This document shows, piece after piece, positions 47,865-56,964 of a DNA stretch of 64,000 nt. The notes under the pieces were generated by a model. It did no database searches. It was given only the letters and a program-made list of their open reading frames with translations, and was not told the origin of the DNA. Positions within the stretch are counted from its first letter, which is position 1. Every line of letters starts with the position of its first letter. The translations under genes and the position numbers were made by a program. Source of the DNA: an uncultured delta proteobacterium (GTDB taxonomy: Bacteria > Myxococcota_A > Polyangia > Polyangiales > B10-G4); contig CAVSGI010000027.1 in the NCBI GenBank assembly GCA_963727445.1, positions 256,001-320,000 of the forward strand, given 5' to 3'.

Positions 47865-49094
47865 ATGCTCGGTCGCGTGAAGACCTCGCCCTTCGCCCTG
47901 ACGCTCTTCACCCTCCTCGCGGGCTGTGGAAGTCCCGACTCGGGGGGCCCGACCCCATGCGAGATGGCGACCGCTGGCCTCGAGTCCTGCGCCGGCGCCG
48001 AGCTTTCTTCCCCTTTCAGCGCCGAGTGCACCCCCGACGAAGCCCAAAGCGCCCAGGGCCTGTTGGACGAGCTGGATCGTTCGGGATGCGACGGGCCGGC
48101 CGCGGGCAAGGCCGACGGGTTCTGGTGCGGATTCTGGGATCCCTTCGGCTGGTGCGACGAGCCGCTGCCGCCCCTGGGCCCCGATCCCGAGGGTCAGCCG
48201 ACCCTCTATCCGATCCTCCTCGCCCACGGCTTCAACACCAGCACCACCAACTTCTGGCGCTTCAACGATGTCGACGTCGCGCTCCGGGACGATGGGCACA
48301 CGGTGGTGCTCGGCTCGGTCCCGCCCTTCGACACCTCGGCGGTGCGCGCCGAATACCTCGCGCAGCAGGTCGACGCGCTCCTCGAGGAGACGGGCGCGGA
48401 GAAGGTGAACCTGATCTGCTTCTCTCAAGGCGGCGTGGATTGCCGCTACCTGGTGAGCCCCGGCGGCCTCGGCTACGGCGACCGGATCGCCACCGTGTCG
48501 ACCCTCTCGTCCCCACATCGCGGAACCTACGTCGCCGACGCGGCGCTGGCGATCCTCCCCGATCCCGACAGCTGGTCGGGGCGCGTCGTCGACACGCTCA
48601 CCACCTGGTACGGCCAGAGCTTCAGCGAGCTCGCCGACGACAGTCATTTCATCGACGCGATGGACTCGATGAGCGAGGCGCGAATGGCGGAGTTCAACGA
48701 GACCGTCGTCGACCACCCGGACGTCTATTACCAGTCTTGGGCGGGCTTCTCATACGTAGCCGGTCTGCCGAATCCGCGCGACACCATCGTCGACGACTGC
48801 CGCGACGAATCGGGCGAGTCGCTGATGATCTGGCACGAGGGCACGCGCGACTTGATGGACCCGCTCCTGGCGGGGGGCGCGGCGCTGGTCGCGCACGGGA
48901 CCGAGCTGCATCCGAACGATGGCGTGTCGATGGTCACCAGCGCCCATTGGGGTCGGTTCCGCGGCTGCATCCCCGCCGATCATCTCGACCAGGTCGGACA
49001 GATCGACGACCAGGGACCAGATCGCCGCACGGGATTCGACTACCTGCGCTTCTACCGCAACATCGCTTTCGAGCTGGCCGAGATGGGCTACTGA
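47865..49094 (+). CDS. Lipase-like alpha/beta hydrolase lipoprotein
   Basis: Lipobox LAGC, YPILLAHG, CFSQGG nucleophile elbow, SPHRGT, NDG, DHLDQVG. Confidence 0.85.
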   Translation: MLGRVKTSPFALTLFTLLAGCGSPDSGGPTPCEMATAGLESCAGAELSSPFSAECTPDEAQSAQGLLDELDRSGCDGPAAGKADGFWCGFWDPFGWCDEPLPPLGPDPEGQPTLYPILLAHGFNTSTTNFWRFNDVDVALRDDGHTVVLGSVPPFDTSAVRAEYLAQQVDALLEETGAEKVNLICFSQGGVDCRYLVSPGGLGYGDRIATVSTLSSPHRGTYVADAALAILPDPDSWSGRVVDTLTTWYGQSFSELADDSHFIDAMDSMSEARMAEFNETVVDHPDVYYQSWAGFSYVAGLPNPRDTIVDDCRDESGESLMIWHEGTRDLMDPLLAGGAALVAHGTELHPNDGVSMVTSAHWGRFRGCIPADHLDQVGQIDDQGPDRRTGFDYLRFYRNIAFELAEMGY

Positions 49095-49109
49095 CGACGG
49101 CCGAAGCCG

Positions 49110-49848
49110 CTACTCGGCAGCGCTCACTTCGACCACGCTCGCGCTCGTCGCCCTTCGCGGAGCGTTCGCCCGATAGCCGACGCCCCGCACCGTCTCGATC
49201 ACCTCACCGGCCTCGCCCAGCTTCCGGCGGAGGCGCTTGACGGCGGTGTCGACGACCCGCGTCACCTCGTCCCCAGAGCGCTCCCACACGGTCTCGACCA
49301 GCGCCTGGCGGGAGTGCACCTCGCCGGGAGAGCTCAGCAGATGGTCGAGGAGCCGGAGCTCGAGGGGGGTCAGTGTGATGGGGTCACCGTCGACGCGCAC
49401 CTCGTGATTGTCGACGTCGATGGTGATCGATCCGAGGCGCTTTCGTGACGCCCGGCGGACGGAGGGACGCGCTCCCGGCACGCCGGAGAATCGCACGCAC
49501 TCTCAAGGAGAGCTCACGAAGGCTCAGAGGCTCGACCACGTAGTCGTCGACGCCGAGCTCGAAGGCCACCACGCGGTCGACCTCGTCATCGGTGTCACTG
49601 ATGAGGATGACTGGAAGGCGGCGGAAGCGGGCTTCGAAACGAAGCGCGCGCAGTACCTCGGTTGCGGTGCGACCGGAAAGGGACGATGCCACGAGCGCGA
49701 GCGCAGGCGACGCATCGAGTGCGCGCATCAGCTCCTCGTAGCTCTCGGCGACCTCGAGCTCGAAGCCTTCGCGCCTCAAGAAGTCCGCCAAACGCGCTGC
49801 TTCTTCGGCGTCCTCTTCTCCGAGGAGGATTCGATGCACGGGATGCAT
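49110..49848 (-). CDS. Atypical OmpR/PhoB-family response regulator; frameshift at ~49442
   Basis: Receiver (FELGVDDYV) in one frame, winged helix (LTPLELRLL..RVVDTAVKRLRRKL..TVRGVGY) in the next. Confidence 0.8.
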
Positions 49849-50032
49849 GAGGAGATGAACCTGCCCGGCCTCTGTGACGCGGCGGTGACGCCAACGTTCC
49901 GTCGCAGCAAGCAGCACGCAAACTCGCGCGTCGCACGACCGGATCGCACGTGAGACCAACCGGACACCGCCCCGTCACATTCACGACCTATCAGTCACGC
50001 AGCGTCGCGAGTCGGCGCGCGGGTTCAGAATC

Positions 50033-50792
50033 ATGTTTGGCGACTTCACCTCAGGGTCGGATGGAGAAGCGAAGAAGCGCTTGGGCGCTTCAATCGTCGT
50101 CGCGGGCTTCGTGTTCGCTGGCGTCGCGGTGGCAGCGGTCGCGATGGCAGCCACACCCACCGCGGCGCCGCCCGAGCCGGAGGAGATCCCCATCGAGCTC
50201 CTTCCTCCCCCCGAGCCGGAGCCGGAGCCCGAGCCGGAGCCCGAAGTAGAACCGCCACCGACCCCGGCGCCCCCCGCGCCCAATCCGCATCGTCCGCGTG
50301 TGGCTCCACCCGAGATCGTCGAGCCGACGGAAGATCTCCGACGAAGACCTCGAGGAGTCCGATGGGGAGCTCGTGAACGAGGGAAGCAGCGGGGGCGGAG
50401 GGGGCCGCGGCCGTGGCGGACCCGCGCCCGAGCCGGAGCCCGAACCGGAGCCCGAGCCCGAGCCCGAGCCCCAGCGCCCGAGGCCGCCGCCGGGTCCGAT
50501 CCAGCTCCCCGAAAACGGGACGCCCGCCGCGCGTCTCGGCGAGCCCCCTGCGCTCGACTATCCAGAGGAAGCGCGTCGCGCTGGCATCCAGGGCCTGGTC
50601 CTCGTCCGATGCGCGATCCCGGTCAACGGTCACCCCCGGGACTGTCGGGCCCTCCGCGGCCCCGCCGAGCTTCGCGACGCCGCGATCTCCTGGGCTGAAC
50701 GAAACCGATTCACCGCCGCCGCGCTCGAGGACGGGACGCCCGTCGCGACGTGGAAGGTCCTCCCCGTCGTCTTCCGCCTCACCAACATCTGA
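50033..50792 (+). CDS. tonB: TonB protein; frameshift at ~50330
   Basis: N-terminal TM, (PE)n linker, TonB-C YPEEARRAGIQGLV. Confidence 0.8.
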
Positions 50793-50805
50793 AGGAGCAG
50801 TTCGA

Positions 50806-51573
50806 ATGGAAATCAACATCGTGGAAATGTGGTCGGAGATGGGCCTGCCGGTTCGGGCAGTCGTCATCATCCTGACTATTCAGGCCATCGGGTGCATCGC
50901 GGTCACCCTCGACCGCCTCTACCTCCTCTTGCGCTCGCGTGCACGCTCGCGCGCCTTCGCACAGGAGACCGCACCGCTCCTCGAAGCGGGGCATCTCGAC
51001 GAGGCGCTCGAGATCGCGGAGCAGTCGGGGCGGAGCCATCTCGCCTCCTTCATGCATCTCGGGATCAAGACCTTCCTCGAGCGTACCCGTGCCGGAGACG
51101 ATCCCGAGAAGGCCGCCGAGCGTACACGCCGCGCCCTCGATCGCCGCGGCGAGTCGCTCGCCGAGTCGCTCAACCGCGGCATGGGTGTCCTGGCCTCCAC
51201 TGGCTCGACCGCACCCTTCGTCGGGCTTCTCGGCACCGTCCTCGGCATCATCCACGCGTTCAAGATGATCGCCGCCGAGGGTCAGGGCGGCATCGGCACC
51301 ATCGGCGCCTCCATCGGTGAGGCACTGATCGTCACGGGTTACGGCCTGATGGTCGCCATCCCGACGGTGCTGGTCTTCAACTGGCTCACCAACAAGATCG
51401 CCGCCTTCGAGACGGGTCTGGTCAACGCCGCCGGCGAGCTGGTCGATCGCCTCGAGCAGGGTGACTTCGACGTCGCGCTCGTGGAAAACGCGCCCGTTCT
51501 TCGGGAGATCGTCATCGAGCCCGATGGACGCACTTCCGAATTGAAGTCGGTCAAGTCGGTCAAGGCGGCCTGA
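50806..51573 (+). CDS. exbB: MotA/TolQ/ExbB proton channel protein
   Basis: LASTGSTAPFVGLLGTVLGII, IGEALIVT.GLMVAIP. Confidence 0.9.
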   Translation: MEINIVEMWSEMGLPVRAVVIILTIQAIGCIAVTLDRLYLLLRSRARSRAFAQETAPLLEAGHLDEALEIAEQSGRSHLASFMHLGIKTFLERTRAGDDPEKAAERTRRALDRRGESLAESLNRGMGVLASTGSTAPFVGLLGTVLGIIHAFKMIAAEGQGGIGTIGASIGEALIVTGYGLMVAIPTVLVFNWLTNKIAAFETGLVNAAGELVDRLEQGDFDVALVENAPVLREIVIEPDGRTSELKSVKSVKAA

Positions 51574-51583
51574 GGAGAGACCG

Positions 51584-52048
51584 ATGGCGAGCCTCGGCAG
51601 ACGCGGCAACAAGCGCGCAGCCCCCGTCATGAACGTCACGCCCCTCGTGGACGTGGTGCTCGTGCTGCTCATCATCTTCATGGTGGTGATCCCGGCGATG
51701 GAGGCCGGCGCCGAGGTCGAGCTCCCGACGATCGTCAACGTGGAGGCGGACGCCGAGGACGAGCCGGTGGTCATCTCCATCGAGTCGGGCGGGACCCTCT
51801 GGGTCGATGAAGACGTCGTCGCGCGCGACTCGCTCGAGAGCGCGCTTCGGACGGCGCACGACGCCGACCCCACGCGGCGCGTGGTGATCAAAGCCGACCG
51901 CGAGGCGCATTACGAGCACGCGCGCTTCGTCTTCGCGGCGAGCCGCACCATCGGATTCCCGAGCGTCGCTCTGCAGGTGAGCGAGAACGGCGGGGGCGCG
52001 AGCGAAGAGACGGACGAGGACCAGGATCAGGAGAGCCGAGGCCACTGA
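51584..52048 (+). CDS. exbD: ExbD/TolR protein
   Basis: MNVTPLVDVVLVLLIIFMV, IKAD. Confidence 0.9.
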   Translation: MASLGRRGNKRAAPVMNVTPLVDVVLVLLIIFMVVIPAMEAGAEVELPTIVNVEADAEDEPVVISIESGGTLWVDEDVVARDSLESALRTAHDADPTRRVVIKADREAHYEHARFVFAASRTIGFPSVALQVSENGGGASEETDEDQDQESRGH

Positions 52049-52066
52049 GGCCGAAGGGAGATCGTC

Positions 52067-52498
52067 ATGGCGATGGACCTCGACACATCAGGCAAGGGCA
52101 AGCGGGGGAAGAAGCCCGAGATGAACGTCACGCCGCTCGTCGACGTGGTGCTCGTGCTCCTCATCATCTTCATGGTGATGACGCCCATGATGCTGAAGCA
52201 TTTCAGCGTCACCCTGCCCCCCGAGTCCGACGCGCCTCCCCCGGCCGACGCTCAGGCGCCCATCGTCTTGAGCGTCAGCAGTGATGGAACGATTCGGATC
52301 AACCGTGACGAGGTGAGCGCCGCGGAGCTGCCGAATCGACTCCGTCGCGTCCTCGCGGGTCGCGGCACACGCACGATCGTTTTCGACGCGCACGACGACG
52401 CGTCCTACGCAGAGGCGGTGGCTGCACTCGACCTCGCACGAAGCGCAGGAGCGACGCGGATAGCCGTCGCAACAGAGGCCCTCCCCGGCATCGACTGA
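52067..52498 (+). CDS. exbD: Second ExbD/TolR protein
   Basis: MNVTPLVDVVLVLLIIFMV. Confidence 0.9.
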   Translation: MAMDLDTSGKGKRGKKPEMNVTPLVDVVLVLLIIFMVMTPMMLKHFSVTLPPESDAPPPADAQAPIVLSVSSDGTIRINRDEVSAAELPNRLRRVLAGRGTRTIVFDAHDDASYAEAVAALDLARSAGATRIAVATEALPGID

Positions 52499-52517
52499 GA
52501 CCCCACGGAGAGACGAC

Positions 52518-55367
52518 GTGAGCACCGTCAGAACGACGAAGAATGGACCGGTCTATCTGCTGTTCGCCCTGGCAGCAGCCGCCGCGCCCGCGTCCGTCGC
52601 AGCGCAAGACGATCTCACCGAGGAAGAGCTGGCCGCGCTGATGGCCGAAGATCCGTCCCTCGCGGCGCTCATGTCTCGGCCGCAGCTCGAGACCGGCACC
52701 GGCGTCGTGGGTCGGGTGATGGCCGAGGACATCGACGCACCGGTCATCGAGGGCCAGGTGGTCGTCGTCGAAACCGACCAGCGGGTGCTCACCAACGTCG
52801 AGGGCTATTACGCGATCGACTTGCCGCCGGGCACCTACACGCTCCGCATCTTCTACCAGCTCTATCAGACGGCGCGGCTAGCGAACGTGATCGTACAGGC
52901 CGGCCAGGCCACCGAGGCCGACGTCACGCTGGCGCCCGATGGAGCGGCGACCGAAGAAGAGTTCGTGGTCGAGGCGCGCGCCGACACCAACACCGCGGCG
53001 ACCCAGCAGATGGTCCGCCGCCAGGCCACGGTGGTTCGCGACGCGATCAGCGCCGAGGAGATGAGCCGCACCACCGACAACGCCGCCGCGGGCGCAGCGC
53101 GGCGCGTGGTCGCGGTCACGGTCTACGACAACTTCCTCTACGTCCGCGGGCTCGGCGGCCGCTACACCACGGTGCTCCTGAACGGCTCTCCCCTGCCCCA
53201 ACTCGACCCGGCCGTTCCCGGCGTGCAGCTCGACCTCTTCCCCTCGCGCCTGCTCTCGAGCGTCTCGGTCATGAAGAGCTACTCGCCCTACCTGCCCGCG
53301 ACCTTCGCCGGCGGAACGATGCTCCTGCAGACCCGTGAGTACCCGGCGGAGTTCCAGGCGAACGCCACCATGTCCATCGGGGCCAACAGCCAGAGCACCT
53401 TCTCGATGGCCCCGAGCTACGCGGGCGGCAATACGGACTTCCTCGGCTTCGACGATGGGACGCGCGCGCTCCCCGCCGACGTCCCGACCGACGGCGCCCT
53501 CCGCGCCAGCGACACGCTCTCCCGCGACGAGCTCACCGCCATCGGCAGCTCCTTCCCGGGCAACCTCTCAGTGCATCCGAGCATGGTCTCCCCCGACCTC
53601 CGGCTCGGCCTGAACATCGGCGACACCCTCAGCCTCTTCGGCCACGACCTCGGCGTCTACGTCGCCGCCGGCTATCAGGTGAAGCACCGCGTGACGCACG
53701 AAACGGTCGGGAGCGTCCTCGACGTGAACGGCACGCAGGGCGACTCGATGACGCGCGTGGCGAACAACACCACCGTGCGCCTGAGCACCCTCGGCAGCCT
53801 CTCCCTCGAGCTCGCCCGCGGACACGACATCACCTACACGGGCTTCTTCAACCAGTCCGCCGACGACTACGCGGCGATGCAGCAGGGGTATCAGGAGGAG
53901 CGCGACGACCAGATCCGCCGCACCCGCCAGCGCTTTCGCCAGCGCACGATCTTCTTCAACCAGCTCGACGGGCACCACGAGCTCTCCCGCGACGGTCCCA
54001 GCTTCGATTGGCTTCTGAACGCGACCTACGGCCGCATGTACGAGCCCGACACGCGCGACGTGATGTATCAGCAATCGAGCGAGCAGCGTTACTCCTGGGT
54101 CGACCGGCTCCCCATCGACGGGCAGCGCCTCTACACCAACCTCGACGAGCTGCGCTTCCGCGGCGCAGCCGATCTGACCATCCCCATCAGCGACTACGCC
54201 CTGAAGATGGGCGCGAACATCCTGCACTCCGGCAGCGACTACGACATTCGCCGCTTCGACTACGCGGCGCGGCGGCGCGCCGCGGCAGGCGCTTTCGACC
54301 TCCCCCCCAGCCAACTCTTCGCCTCGTCGATGAGCGGCGCCGCCTGGACGCTCCAGGAAACCACCAACGAAAACGACAGCTTCGTCGGCACCGAGGACAC
54401 CTACGCGGCCTACGCCATGGTCCAGGGCGAGGCCACGAGCTGGCTGCGCGGCGAGGCCGGTTTCCGCACCGAAGCCTTCCGACAGACCATCACCCCCAGC
54501 TCCCCCTTCGCCGCCCCGACCAGCGAAGACGACAAGCCGGCGTTCACCGCGCGCACCGACGTCGACGTCCTGCCCGCCGCCAACATCGTCTTTCAGCTCA
54601 GCGACGACATGTTCGTGCGCACCGGCTACAGCGCCACCGTCGCGCGCCCTCGCCTTCGTGAGCTGTCGGGTTCCGTCTTCGTCGACTTCCAGCGCAACCG
54701 GACGCTCTATGGCAATCCCGATACTCGACGGACACTGATCCACAGCGTCGACCTTCGTTGGGAGCTCTTCCCATCGAATTTGGAAGTGATCGCGGTGTCC
54801 GGCTTCGTGAAGGTCTTCGAGGATCCGATCGAGATGGTGATCCTCGATCGCAACCGCACCGTTTCATTCACCAACGTCGCGGGAGCACAGAATGTGGGCG
54901 CCGAGTTCGAAGCACGTCTCTCTCTCGGCCACCTCGCGGACGCACTCTCCATGTTCTGGCTCGGCGGCAACTTCACCATCATGCAATCGCAGGTCACCCT
55001 GACCCCGGCGCAGGCGTCCGTCGCAACGACGACCTCGCGGCCCCTCGCGGGTCAGTCGCCGTGGATGGCGAACGCGAACTTCGGCATCCAGCCGCCCGAC
55101 GGAAGCCTCGCTGTCTACGTGAACTACAACGTGTACGGCCCGCGCATCGACGAGGTCGGCGCGGCCGGCATCCCCGACACCTACGAGAAGCCCTTCCACT
55201 CTCTCGAGCTCACGGCGCGCTGGAACATCCTGCCGACGATGAGCCTCCGGGCGACGGTGTCCAACCTCCTCTACTCCTCCCGGCGCTTCGAAGCGGGGGG
55301 TTTGACCGTGCGGTCGTGGAACCCGGGTGTTTCCGGGAGCCTGGGGCTGACGTGGTCGACGAATTGA
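52518..55367 (+). CDS. TonB-dependent receptor with an N-terminal carboxypeptidase-regulatory-like domain
   Basis: Plug YVRGLGGRYTTVLLNG..LDLFP; barrel ARPRLREL, GNPD, DLRWE, RPLAGQSP. Confidence 0.9.
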   Translation: MSTVRTTKNGPVYLLFALAAAAAPASVAAQDDLTEEELAALMAEDPSLAALMSRPQLETGTGVVGRVMAEDIDAPVIEGQVVVVETDQRVLTNVEGYYAIDLPPGTYTLRIFYQLYQTARLANVIVQAGQATEADVTLAPDGAATEEEFVVEARADTNTAATQQMVRRQATVVRDAISAEEMSRTTDNAAAGAARRVVAVTVYDNFLYVRGLGGRYTTVLLNGSPLPQLDPAVPGVQLDLFPSRLLSSVSVMKSYSPYLPATFAGGTMLLQTREYPAEFQANATMSIGANSQSTFSMAPSYAGGNTDFLGFDDGTRALPADVPTDGALRASDTLSRDELTAIGSSFPGNLSVHPSMVSPDLRLGLNIGDTLSLFGHDLGVYVAAGYQVKHRVTHETVGSVLDVNGTQGDSMTRVANNTTVRLSTLGSLSLELARGHDITYTGFFNQSADDYAAMQQGYQEERDDQIRRTRQRFRQRTIFFNQLDGHHELSRDGPSFDWLLNATYGRMYEPDTRDVMYQQSSEQRYSWVDRLPIDGQRLYTNLDELRFRGAADLTIPISDYALKMGANILHSGSDYDIRRFDYAARRRAAAGAFDLPPSQLFASSMSGAAWTLQETTNENDSFVGTEDTYAAYAMVQGEATSWLRGEAGFRTEAFRQTITPSSPFAAPTSEDDKPAFTARTDVDVLPAANIVFQLSDDMFVRTGYSATVARPRLRELSGSVFVDFQRNRTLYGNPDTRRTLIHSVDLRWELFPSNLEVIAVSGFVKVFEDPIEMVILDRNRTVSFTNVAGAQNVGAEFEARLSLGHLADALSMFWLGGNFTIMQSQVTLTPAQASVATTTSRPLAGQSPWMANANFGIQPPDGSLAVYVNYNVYGPRIDEVGAAGIPDTYEKPFHSLELTARWNILPTMSLRATVSNLLYSSRRFEAGGLTVRSWNPGVSGSLGLTWSTN

Positions 55368-55396
55368 CGCGGCGACGCCGCAAAGGGTGAATCGAA

Positions 55397-56764
55397 ATGA
55401 ACGCACGAAACTACATGAGCTTTGCGACCATCCTCCTCGCGATGGGTGGGTCCGGCTGCGGGGGCGACGACTCCACGATCACTCCGCCGGTCGACAGCGG
55501 AACCGGCTCCGACACCGGCACCACCAGCGACACCGGCACGTCGCCCGCGGGCTGCCCGGCGCTAGGTGACCGAACGGTGGTCAGTGTCGACTCCGACATC
55601 ACCGCCGACACCACCTGGACCTGCGACAACCTCTACCAGCTCGACGCCGCGATCTACGTAACGGCCGGCACGCTCAGCATCCAGCCCGGCGTGGTGGTCC
55701 AGGGCACGAGCGGTCAGAACGCGCTCATCGTCACCACCGGCGGCAAGATCGATGCGCAGGGCACCGCCGAAGAGCCGATCGTCTTCACCTCCGCGGGCCC
55801 CGAAGGGACACGCACGCCCGGTGACTGGGGCGGCGTCGTCCTCCTCGGCAACGCGCCCATCAACGTCGCCGGCGGCACCAACAACATCGAGGGCCTCGAG
55901 CCCACCGAGATGCGCGGCCGTTACGGCGGCACCGATAGCGCACACGACTGCGGCACCATGCGCTATGTCCGTATCGAGTTCGCCGGCTTCCTCTTCGGTG
56001 AGGACAACGAGCTCAACGGCCTGACGGTCGGCGGCTGCGGCAGCGACACCGAGCTCGACTACATCCACGTCCACCTCGGCTTCGACGACGGCGTCGAGTT
56101 CTTCGGCGGCACCTCGGACATCAAGCACCTCGTGGTGAGCCAGGTCGGCGACGACGGCCTCGACTGGGATCAGGGCTGGTCCGGCCGCGCCCAGTTCGTC
56201 ATCTGCCAGCAGGACAACGCCGGCGAGCGCTGCATCGAGGCGGACAACCTGCAGGAGGACAACGACGCCATGCCCCGCTCGAACCCGACGGTCTACAACT
56301 ACACCTTCGTCGGCGACAACCAGCCGGAGCAGCAGGGCATGCGCCTGCGCCGCGGCACCGCGGGTATCCTCCACAACGGCGTGGTGATGAACTTCAGCCA
56401 GCAGGACTGCATCCGCGTGGACGCCTCGGCGACCATCGATCAGGCCAACAGCGGCGCGCTCGTCGTGGGCGACACCATCCTCGACGGCTGCCCCTCCTAC
56501 TTCGCCTTCACCCCCGACGATGGCGACACCACCACCATGTTCACCGGCGACTGGGACGCGCTGAACGTCACCGGCATGGACCCGATGCTCACCAATCCCC
56601 TGAACCTCGACACGCCGAGCTTCGCCCCGATGGACGGCTCGCCCGTCGGGACCATGGGCACGATGCCTCCCTCGGGCTTCTTCGAGCCGGCCGAATACGC
56701 CGGTGCGATCGACCCGGCGGGCGAGGACTGGACCGCCGGCTGGACCTCCTACCCGGCCGACTGA
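55397..56764 (+). CDS. TBDT-associated beta-helix-like lipoprotein
   Basis: Lipobox GSGC; PIVFTS, GDWGGVVLLGNAPIN, NELNGLT, DDGVEFFGG, WTAGWT. Confidence 0.8.
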   Translation: MNARNYMSFATILLAMGGSGCGGDDSTITPPVDSGTGSDTGTTSDTGTSPAGCPALGDRTVVSVDSDITADTTWTCDNLYQLDAAIYVTAGTLSIQPGVVVQGTSGQNALIVTTGGKIDAQGTAEEPIVFTSAGPEGTRTPGDWGGVVLLGNAPINVAGGTNNIEGLEPTEMRGRYGGTDSAHDCGTMRYVRIEFAGFLFGEDNELNGLTVGGCGSDTELDYIHVHLGFDDGVEFFGGTSDIKHLVVSQVGDDGLDWDQGWSGRAQFVICQQDNAGERCIEADNLQEDNDAMPRSNPTVYNYTFVGDNQPEQQGMRLRRGTAGILHNGVVMNFSQQDCIRVDASATIDQANSGALVVGDTILDGCPSYFAFTPDDGDTTTMFTGDWDALNVTGMDPMLTNPLNLDTPSFAPMDGSPVGTMGTMPPSGFFEPAEYAGAIDPAGEDWTAGWTSYPAD

Positions 56765-56812
56765 GACAGGCAACGCAGGCGAGACGAAGGCAAGCCTCGC
56801 CCGCGAAGCCGG

Positions 56813-56908
56813 GGGGACGCTAGATTGACAATTGACTTTCGCCCCCAACGGCTGCCCGTCTCGGCAGCCGCCCTCCCTGCGAAAGTCAATTGTCAATCTA
56901 GCGTCCCC
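56813..56908. mobile_element. 96-bp MITE-like element with 30-bp perfect terminal inverted repeats
   Basis: GGGGACGCTAGATTGACAATTGACTTTCGC / GCGAAAGTCAATTGTCAATCTAGCGTCCCC. Confidence 0.55.
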
Positions 56909-56964
56909 GTCACCGCGGGAGCGGGCCATCCCGTTTGCTTTCCGTCTCCGTCTATACTCGCCGA

